DNA of 64,000 nucleotides from Candidatus Binatia bacterium (GTDB taxonomy: Bacteria > Desulfobacterota > Binatia > HRBIN30): assembly GCA_038245295.1 (NCBI GenBank), contig JBBRSP010000027.1:19539-83538 (forward strand). The letters are read 5' to 3'. The notes under the pieces were generated by a model. The model was given only the letters and a program-made list of their open reading frames with translations. It was not told the origin of the DNA and ran no database searches. Shown in pieces: positions 39,676 to 47,161 of the stretch; within the stretch, counting starts at the first letter, position 1; every line of letters starts with the position of its first letter. A program made the translations under genes and the position numbers.

Positions 39676-40866
39676 TCAGCCGCGCGGCAACCCCAACACG
39701 CGCTGCGCAATGATGTTGCGTTGCACCTCCGACGTGCCGGCGTAGATCGTCGCCGACCGCGACCACAGGAGCTCGTATTCCCAGAAGCCACCGTCGGCCG
39801 CGTACGGTTCGCCCGCCGGAATCAGGCCGCGGTTGCCGAGGATCTCGATCGCCGTGTCCTTGAGGCGCTGCTCGAGCTCGCTCCAGAAAATCTTGAGGAT
39901 CGAGCCTTCCTCGCCGGGGACGCCGGTGCGCGACATCTTGGTGACGTTACGATACGCGGTGTAGCGCAAGATGGCGGCTTCGATGAGCGACTGCGCCACC
40001 TTCTGGCGGATGATCGGATCGTCTGCAGCGCTACGGCCGTTGCGTGGCGTGTCGATCGCCAGACGCGCCAGGCGACGGCTTTCAGCGGCCAGCCGGACAT
40101 GCGGCGTCGTGCCGGCGCGTTCGTGGCCGAGTGTGGTCATGACCACATCCCAGCCGCCGTTGATGGCGCCGACGGCGTTGGCGCGCGGCACGCGCACCTC
40201 GTCGAAGAAGACTTCGTTGAACCACTCCTCGCCGGTCATTTCCTTGAGCGGCCGAATCGTGATGCCCGGCGACTTCATGTCGACAAGCAGAAAGGTGAGG
40301 CCCTTATGCTTCGGACCTTCGAAGTTGGTGCGGGTCACCAGCATGCACCAGTCGGCGTATCGTGCCACGCTGGTCCAGATCTTCTGCCCGGTCACGATGA
40401 ACTCGTCACCGACCAGCTCCGCCTTACACTTCACCGAGGCGAGATCCGATCCGGCATTCGGCTCCGAGAATCCCTGGCACCAGATCTCTTCGCCCTTCAG
40501 GATCTTGTCGAGATGCTCCGCCTTTTGTTCCGGGGTCCCGCAGGCGATCAGCGTCGGGCCGACGAGACTGAGGCCGATCTTGAGCGCCAGGATGTCGGGA
40601 GCGCTGAACTGCGCGTAGGCCTCGTTGTAGATCAGCTGCTCGATGATGCTGAAACCGCGGCCGCCATACTCCTTCGGCCAGATGATGCCGGCCCAGCCGC
40701 CGTCGTAGAGAGCACGTTGCCACTTTCGCGCGAACGCCACCTGCTCGGCCGGCGTCTTCGGCGGCTGATACGCCGGGGTGCCCCAGCCGGTCGGCAGATT
40801 GGCGCGCAGCCAGTCTAGGATGGTACTGCGGAACGACTTTTGGTCGCCGGTGAGCTCTAGGTCCAT
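39676..40866 (-). CDS. Acyl-CoA dehydrogenase
   Basis: WCQGFSEPNAGSDLAS, GQKIWTS, FNEVFFD, IYAGTSEVQRNII. Confidence 0.93.
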   Translation of the reverse strand: MDLELTGDQKSFRSTILDWLRANLPTGWGTPAYQPPKTPAEQVAFARKWQRALYDGGWAGIIWPKEYGGRGFSIIEQLIYNEAYAQFSAPDILALKIGLSLVGPTLIACGTPEQKAEHLDKILKGEEIWCQGFSEPNAGSDLASVKCKAELVGDEFIVTGQKIWTSVARYADWCMLVTRTNFEGPKHKGLTFLLVDMKSPGITIRPLKEMTGEEWFNEVFFDEVRVPRANAVGAINGGWDVVMTTLGHERAGTTPHVRLAAESRRLARLAIDTPRNGRSAADDPIIRQKVAQSLIEAAILRYTAYRNVTKMSRTGVPGEEGSILKIFWSELEQRLKDTAIEILGNRGLIPAGEPYAADGGFWEYELLWSRSATIYAGTSEVQRNIIAQRVLGLPRG

Positions 40867-40942
40867 GAAATCTCCGATATTGCGCCGCTGAGCATGGTGT
40901 GTGTCCGTCTCGTTTAGGATAGGGCAATGCCGGCCATAGTCG

Positions 40943-42124
40943 CTACGCCGAAGGCCGAACGAGGACCCGGTAGTCTGTCAACGTCACGAAGCCCATGCGC
41001 TCGTAAACCGGCCGGCCCATCGGTGATGCTTGTAGGTTGGCAAAGGCGGCGCCGCGGCGGAAGCCTTCACGCACCGCCGCCCAGGTCGCTGCTTCGGCAT
41101 AGGCGCGGCCACGCTGATCGGGCAGGGTGCCGACCCAGCCGATGCCGGCAACGCCGTGCGATAGATACAACCAGGCCGCGCTGACCGGTTTGTTGTCGAC
41201 GTACCCGACGAAACCTTGAATGTGGGGCGCGCTGACACTCTCGAGGCGCGCGAAAATATCGTCCATCATCACGCGCGGTGAGCCGTACGTCGCGTAGGCT
41301 TCGGCGCTCACATACGCGTAGTCTCGACGTCCCTGATCGTCGATCGCCGGTCGAAGTTCGAGATCCGCCGGCGCACACTCGGTGCCGGGATCGCCGAGCA
41401 AGGCCATGCCCGGCATCGTCGTCAAATCCATCCAGCCACGCTCGCGCAGCCAGCCTTCGACCTCCGAGTCCGCGTGCGCGCGGGTGCAGACGGAATAGTG
41501 CTTCATCCGCCCAGCGTAAAACTCTTCCGCCTCCGCCAGCAGCGCGGACGGATCAACCGGGCCATTCACCATGACCATGTTGTTGAACGCGCCGCCGCGC
41601 GGCGTCAGGCCCATCCACGCCGATTCGCTCTCGCGCAGCAGCGAGCCGCGCCCGAGGTGAATGATCTCGCGGTACATCTCCTGGCAGTTGAGGTCCATCG
41701 CCCGAAGTTGCGCCTCGCGGTCACCGGGGACGCCAAAGGATCGTGCCACGAGCTGTGTATCGAGGTACTCGGTTGCCGAGCTGACGACGCCGCCGTCGAA
41801 ACGGAAGACGAAGCAATAGACGTTGTTATATGGGGCGCCGGAGCGCAACGACGAGATGCCGCGGGCTTGAACGACGACGTAGTCGCCGGACGCGATAATA
41901 TTGTCGGCATGCAGCGCCAGCGGGGTGGCCAAGGCCACACCGAGGCGAGCCGGGACGTTTGACAGGAAGCTGTCTTTGCCACGGAACGTTCCCGAGAACG
42001 TTGTGTCGCCAATGACGCGATACGTCACATCGTTCGAAAGGATGGCGAGGAACGGACCAGGGTTGCCCTGGGCCATCTCGGAAAACGCGGTACGGATTGC
42101 CTCGGCGCGCTCGTCTGTCGTCAT
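40943..42124 (-). CDS. SnoaL/NTF2-like domain fused to a GNAT acetyltransferase (393 aa)
   Basis: N-terminal FSGTFRGK...YNNVYCFVF...EYLDT; C-terminal VGTLPDQRGRAYA...ASPMGRPVYERMGF. ATGA overlap with the upstream gene. Confidence 0.8.
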   Translation of the reverse strand: MTTDERAEAIRTAFSEMAQGNPGPFLAILSNDVTYRVIGDTTFSGTFRGKDSFLSNVPARLGVALATPLALHADNIIASGDYVVVQARGISSLRSGAPYNNVYCFVFRFDGGVVSSATEYLDTQLVARSFGVPGDREAQLRAMDLNCQEMYREIIHLGRGSLLRESESAWMGLTPRGGAFNNMVMVNGPVDPSALLAEAEEFYAGRMKHYSVCTRAHADSEVEGWLRERGWMDLTTMPGMALLGDPGTECAPADLELRPAIDDQGRRDYAYVSAEAYATYGSPRVMMDDIFARLESVSAPHIQGFVGYVDNKPVSAAWLYLSHGVAGIGWVGTLPDQRGRAYAEAATWAAVREGFRRGAAFANLQASPMGRPVYERMGFVTLTDYRVLVRPSA

Positions 42125-42870
42125 GCGACTTCGAGTACCACACCGCCGCCGCGACACCCACACCCACGCATGCGGACGGCCCGGAAAGATGTGGCATAGC
42201 GGATCTCGGGTTGTCTCCGGCTGACCACCAGATGGCCGTCGATCACCTCGGCGCCGAGGTTCTGATCCACGTGATAGAAACCATCGGCACAGCTTGCCGC
42301 GATGAAACTGGCGACCTCCGCCGCCGCCAACCACGCGCGTTGCCAGCCGCGGAATTGCAACGACGCGGGGACGGGTGGTTGGGGGACCGGAATCGTATCG
42401 CTCCGCAACCACAGAATTCCGGTGAGCCACGGACGCTCGGCCACGGGCGCAGCGTTGAGAAAGCGCTCACCGGTTCGCGGATCGAGGATGAGGACATGGG
42501 TCTCGACACGGTCGACCAACTCCCACGCCGCGTTCGCCGCCGCGTCCGTGTCTGGCGTCCCCAGGGGTACGTCAAGCGCCCCGCAGTCTTCGATGACATC
42601 TCCCAGCAGCAACGACCCGGGCGAAGCCAAGGCGCCCGGCATAGTGTTGGCGACGCGCATCCCGGCTTTGATGCCGGCGCGGCGCAATACTCGCGCTCCC
42701 TCGGCGCGCTCGCGTTGGAGATCTTCCTCTGTCCATGTGAGCAAGACGAGAGAATCGCCGCTACCCGTAATCCCGGCACGCACCAGGGGTGCGGCGTCGA
42801 GGGGCTGGGGCATCGGTCGCCGCGCCACCAACTGCGGCCGCGTCGTCAGTCCGCTGGGTGTAACCGGCAT
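42121..42870 (-). CDS. Truncated, degenerate phenylacetate-CoA ligase (PaaK)-like protein
   Basis: WTEEDL...GIKAGMRVAN, AEVID, IRY, CGC recall the PaaK N-domain. No SSGTTG loop and no C-terminal subdomain. Confidence 0.55.
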   Translation of the reverse strand: MPVTPSGLTTRPQLVARRPMPQPLDAAPLVRAGITGSGDSLVLLTWTEEDLQRERAEGARVLRRAGIKAGMRVANTMPGALASPGSLLLGDVIEDCGALDVPLGTPDTDAAANAAWELVDRVETHVLILDPRTGERFLNAAPVAERPWLTGILWLRSDTIPVPQPPVPASLQFRGWQRAWLAAAEVASFIAASCADGFYHVDQNLGAEVIDGHLVVSRRQPEIRYATSFRAVRMRGCGCRGGGVVLEVA

Positions 42871-42873
42871 GGC

Positions 42874-44022
42874 TCAATCGCGTTGTAGGATATGGATGAC
42901 GCAAACGCTGCCGCCACCCATCATGTGACACAGGCCGATCTTGGCGTCCTTGACCTGGCGCTTGCCGGCTTCGCCGCGCAACTGCAGCGTCGTCTCCCAG
43001 ATCTGCGCCAGACCCGTCGGGCCACCGGGATGACCGCGGGCGATCAGGCCACCATCGGTCGAGACGGCCACACGTCCGTTGAGATCGAACTCATTGTTGT
43101 CGATGCACTTCTCGGCCTCGCCGGGCTTACACAATCCAAGCAGCTCGTAGTACTCGATCTCCTCGATGGCGAACGCGTCGTGCACCTGGACCAGATCGAG
43201 ATCTTCCGGGCCGACGCTGGCTTCCTCGTAGACGTTCTTCGAGGTGTCGATGGTCATCTGCGCCGGTCCAACGACCGGGCCCATGAACAGATGGCCGGGC
43301 GCGTACTTCTCGCTCTGCAGATCGGACGCCGTGACGCGCACGACCGGACGACCGGGGTTGAGCTTCTTCGCGAGATCGGCGCGGCCAACGATGGCGCAAG
43401 CGGCGCCGTCGCCCATCGGGCACGACATCATCGTCGTCAGCGGCCATGCCACCGGGCGCGACGACATGACCTTCTCGTAGGTGATCAACTTGTCGGAGAT
43501 GCGCTGCGCCTTCGGGTTGAGGGCGCCGTTGTTGAAGTTTTTGGCGGCGACCTTGGCGAGGTGTTCGACCTTCATGCCGCGTTCGTGCATGCGGCGTGTC
43601 GCCCACAGCGCGAAGAAGCCGGCCGGCAGGATGGCGTCTTCCATATTCTCCGGCGCCGTGCCGGCCGTGCTGGTCTGGATCATCGTCGTCATCTTGTCGA
43701 AACCGAGGACCATGACGACGTCGTAACGACCCGAGGCCACCTGCATGCAGGCCTCGCGGAAGGCCGCCGAGCCGGTGGCCGAGGCGTTCTCGATACGTTG
43801 CACCGGCAAACCGGTGAGCCCGAACTCTTTCATGACTCGCACCCCGGCCATAACCGGGGCGAAGATATGGCCGACGTAGGCGGCCTGCACATCACGGAAG
43901 GACAGGCCGGCGTCCTTCAACGCTTCCATGCCGGCTTCGCGCGCCATCACATTGTTGGCTCCGCCGTCGTAATACATCCCGAAGCGATGCATCCCGACGC
44001 CGAGAACAGCGACATCCCGCAT
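42874..44022 (-). CDS. Thiolase-superfamily (SCP2-type) protein with Ser at the nucleophile position
   Basis: VLGVGMH.FG, ENASATGS, DGAA, VHDAF, GG...GHP.G.TG, QLRGEAG.RQV. Confidence 0.88.
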   Translation of the reverse strand: MRDVAVLGVGMHRFGMYYDGGANNVMAREAGMEALKDAGLSFRDVQAAYVGHIFAPVMAGVRVMKEFGLTGLPVQRIENASATGSAAFREACMQVASGRYDVVMVLGFDKMTTMIQTSTAGTAPENMEDAILPAGFFALWATRRMHERGMKVEHLAKVAAKNFNNGALNPKAQRISDKLITYEKVMSSRPVAWPLTTMMSCPMGDGAACAIVGRADLAKKLNPGRPVVRVTASDLQSEKYAPGHLFMGPVVGPAQMTIDTSKNVYEEASVGPEDLDLVQVHDAFAIEEIEYYELLGLCKPGEAEKCIDNNEFDLNGRVAVSTDGGLIARGHPGGPTGLAQIWETTLQLRGEAGKRQVKDAKIGLCHMMGGGSVCVIHILQRD

Positions 44023-44024
44023 GA

Positions 44025-44462
44025 TCAGCCCTCCACCGGACGGAAGCGCACGATCACGACATCGCTTCCGGCTTCTTCCCGCATCACATCGAGCTCGGCT
44101 TCCATTGTCTGGCCGATCTTGAAATCACCCTGCTTGCCGGCGAGCGGCAGTTGCACGCGCGGGCCCTGGGTCAAATCGACCTGGCCAACGCCATACCCCT
44201 CGGCGTGCTCCATGTTGCTCGAGCCGAACAGCGGCAGGTGCACGAAGGTGTAACTGTAGAGGGTGCCGCGCGGACCTAGATCGGCGTCGACGACGTCCTC
44301 CGACAGGCAGCTCGCCTTGGCGCAAATCGCCCGCTTCGGGAAATAGTGCTCGCCGCATGTGTTGCACTTGCTGCCAAGCAACCGGGGCGGTTCCTTGGGG
44401 TCTTCGGGGATTGTGAAGTACCCGGCCTTCAGCGGCACGCGCGGCCGCGACTGCGTTGTCAT
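44025..44462 (-). CDS. DUF35-type Zn-ribbon/OB-fold protein
   Basis: CNTCG..YFP...C....C, GTLYSYT, VRFRP. Ends 2 bp before the thiolase start. Confidence 0.9.
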   Translation of the reverse strand: MTTQSRPRVPLKAGYFTIPEDPKEPPRLLGSKCNTCGEHYFPKRAICAKASCLSEDVVDADLGPRGTLYSYTFVHLPLFGSSNMEHAEGYGVGQVDLTQGPRVQLPLAGKQGDFKIGQTMEAELDVMREEAGSDVVIVRFRPVEG

Positions 44463-44552
44463 AGCAGCCCTGGCTAGCCCAACGAACGTTTGTTCGTCAA
44501 GGCAGGGCCGCTTTGCGGTAGTGGGTTCGTTCGATTCCCAAAGGGTAGGCAA

Positions 44553-44862
44553 CGTCATCCCGGCGTACGAGACTGTCGATTTACTCGGAAACCATATTTG
44601 AAACCAAGCAGAGGTATCCGTCATACCGGCGAAAGCCGGTATCTCGCCAGCTTCCGAGGCTTCCAGCAGGGGGAGATCCCGGTTTTCACCGGGACGACGT
44701 TGCTCCACTTTGGTTTTACGACAGTCTCGAAAGCCGGGATCTCATCGAGTGGAAGGCCAAAAATGCTGGGGAGATACCGGCTTTCGCCGGTATGACGGAG
44801 GTGTTTGCGCAGTTTCAAATGATGAATCAGAGAAAATCGACAGTCTCGTTCGCCGGATGACG
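44553..44862. mobile_element. Nested MITE-like elements with GAGACTGTCG ends carrying REP doublets
   Basis: Inner copy 44569-44728 (GAGACTGTCG...CGACAGTCTC) interrupts CGTCATCCCGGC/GAAAGCCGGGATCTC of an opposite-orientation copy whose end is at 44838-44847. Confidence 0.75.
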
Positions 44863-44923
44863 GATCCCCGTGGCCTCGGTTTTCAAATGGATCCACTATC
44901 CCCTTTGTCCCCTCCCGAACCGC

Positions 44924-46231
44924 TTAACCGCCTAACGGCGCCCCCTGTCCGTGCGCCTCGCTGCCGGTGATCAGCCGGGCGCTGCGGTTCCACGTCAGGT
45001 AGTGCCAGGCCCATTGCATCAGAACCAGCGCGCGGTTGTCGAACTGCACGAGAAACATGAGATGAATGAACAGCCAGGCGAGCCACGCCAGCAGACCGGC
45101 GAAGCGCACGCCGAAGATATCGGCGACGGCGGCGGCGCGGCCGATGACCGCCATGCTGCCGCGGTTGTGGTAGCGGAAGGGCGGTGGTGCGGCGGCGCCA
45201 CGTAGGCGCGCGGCAATGACCGTCGCGACGTAGTCGCCTTGTTGCATCGCCACCGGCGCCACGCCGGGAAGCGGCAGCTCGGTGCCATGTGCGTAGTTCG
45301 CCAGATCACCGATGACGAAGATCTCGGGAAACCCGGCAATCCCACAGTCCGGCTCCACAACGACGCGCCCGGCCCGATCAATGGCGACGCCGGTACGTTG
45401 GTGCACGATCACTCCCAGCGGCGAGCCTTGCACACCGGCTGCCCACAGGACGGTGTGGGTTGGGATGATCTCGGTCTGGTCGCCGTGCCGCACGCTGACG
45501 CTGCCTTCTTGCATCGCGAGAACCGCAGTCTGCGTGCGCACGCTAACGCCAATGCGCTCGAGCGCTTTTGCGCCGCGCGCCGACAGGGTTGCCTCATAGC
45601 TGGGAAGTACACGCTCGCCGGCCTCGATCAGCAGCACCTGCGCGTCGGCCGGATTGATGCTGCGGAAGTTCTCGCGCAGCGTGTGGTGCGCCATCTCCGC
45701 CAGGGCGCCCGCCAACTCGGCGCCGGTCGGGCCGGCACCAACGACGAGGAAGGTGAGCAGGGCACGACGCTTGGCGGGATCGGTCTCGCGTTCCGCCGCT
45801 TCGAAGGCCAACAGGATGCGGCGTCGCATCTCCGTGGCGTCCTCGATGGTCTTGAGCCCCGGTGCGAAATGCTGCCAATCGTCGTGGCCAAAGTAGTGAT
45901 GCTGGGCGCCGCTGGCGACTATCAGGCTATCGTACGGAATCTCGCCGTCGTTGAGGCGCACAACCCGCGCCGCGATATCGATGTCGATCACCTCGCCCAG
46001 CACGACACGAACATTCTTCTGCTTTTTGAGGATGGCACGCAGCGGTGCGGCTATATTCGCCGGCGAGAGGGCGCCCGTCGCTACCTGATACAGCAGTGGT
46101 TGAAACAGATGGAAGTTACGGCGATCGACGAGGGTGATGTCGACGGGGGCGTGCTTCAGGCCGCGCACAGCGTGCAGGCCGCCGAAGCCGCCGCCGATCA
46201 CCACGACACGGTGTGGTTGGATCTCAGGCAT
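44924..46231 (-). CDS. ndh: Type II NADH:quinone oxidoreductase
   Basis: GGGFGG, FQPLLYQVATG, GAGPTGAE, WAAGV, IGD, APVAMQQG. Confidence 0.9.
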   Translation of the reverse strand: MPEIQPHRVVVIGGGFGGLHAVRGLKHAPVDITLVDRRNFHLFQPLLYQVATGALSPANIAAPLRAILKKQKNVRVVLGEVIDIDIAARVVRLNDGEIPYDSLIVASGAQHHYFGHDDWQHFAPGLKTIEDATEMRRRILLAFEAAERETDPAKRRALLTFLVVGAGPTGAELAGALAEMAHHTLRENFRSINPADAQVLLIEAGERVLPSYEATLSARGAKALERIGVSVRTQTAVLAMQEGSVSVRHGDQTEIIPTHTVLWAAGVQGSPLGVIVHQRTGVAIDRAGRVVVEPDCGIAGFPEIFVIGDLANYAHGTELPLPGVAPVAMQQGDYVATVIAARLRGAAAPPPFRYHNRGSMAVIGRAAAVADIFGVRFAGLLAWLAWLFIHLMFLVQFDNRALVLMQWAWHYLTWNRSARLITGSEAHGQGAPLGG

Positions 46232-46354
46232 GTCTGGAAGGTAGTACTCGCATCGATTGCCTTGGCGCGCCACTGCGCGACACGCCCCAGGGGCCACTCC
46301 CATCTCGGCGGCAATTGTGTGATGTTGCGCTCCAACTTTCGAAGGAGATTCGCC

Positions 46355-47152
46355 ATGTCAGATCGTGTGACCGTGAAAATCGACGCGGGGGTCGCTGATG
46401 TGCGGCTCAATCGCGCCGACAAGATGAACGCCATCGATGCCGCGATGTTCGAAGCGCTGACCGCTACCGGCGAGGCCCTGTCGCAGGACAAGAGCGTTCG
46501 CGCCGTTGTGCTTTCCGGCGAGGGTAGGGCGTTTTGTGCCGGCCTCGACTTCATGAGCTTCATGGGGATGGGCAACAAAGACCGGCCGTCGGCCGAGCTC
46601 ATCGGTGACTCCGGCGGTAAGGTGGGAAATCGCGCTCAACGCGCCGCCTACGTCTGGCAGGAAGTTCCCGTGCCGGTGATCGCCGCGATCCACGGCGCTG
46701 CTTTCGGCGGTGGATTGCAGATTGCCTTGGGGGCCGACATCCGCCTGGTTCGGCCCGATGCGCAACTGTCCGTCATGGAGATCAAGTGGGGCCTCGTGCC
46801 CGACATGAGTGGAACGCAAACATTGCGGCACCTGGTGCGTCTGGACGTCGCCAAGGAGCTGACCTTTACAGGCAGAATCGTTTCCGGCACCGAGGCGGTG
46901 AGCCTGGGCTTGGCGACGCGGGTCAGCGACCAACCGCTGCAGGATGCCCTGAGCATGGCGCGCGAGATCGCCGGGAAATCTCCCGACGCGATCCGCTCCG
47001 ACAAGAAACTTCTCAATGCCTCGGATCTGGTCGACGTCGGCGCCGGCCTGAAGCTCGAGGAAACTCTGCAACTCGGCCTGATCGGTACGCCGAATCAGTT
47101 GGAGGCGGTAGCGGCGAACATGCAGAAACGAGCTCCGCAGTTCGTCGACTAA
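46355..47152 (+). CDS. Enoyl-CoA hydratase/isomerase (crotonase family)
   Basis: LNRADKMNA, FCAGLD, GGGLQIALGADIR, EIKWGLVPD; AAGGAG RBS. Confidence 0.92.
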   Translation: MSDRVTVKIDAGVADVRLNRADKMNAIDAAMFEALTATGEALSQDKSVRAVVLSGEGRAFCAGLDFMSFMGMGNKDRPSAELIGDSGGKVGNRAQRAAYVWQEVPVPVIAAIHGAAFGGGLQIALGADIRLVRPDAQLSVMEIKWGLVPDMSGTQTLRHLVRLDVAKELTFTGRIVSGTEAVSLGLATRVSDQPLQDALSMAREIAGKSPDAIRSDKKLLNASDLVDVGAGLKLEETLQLGLIGTPNQLEAVAANMQKRAPQFVD

Positions 47153-47161
47153 AGGCCGCGC

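Noticed and set aside
44463..44708. N-terminal extension of the DUF35 ORF and small ORFs at 44490-44970
   Set aside because: They read through the nested repeat elements and are spurious.
45239..46354. 637-aa extension of the enoyl-CoA hydratase
   Set aside because: Antisense shadow of ndh. The real start is at 46355 with an AAGGAG RBS.
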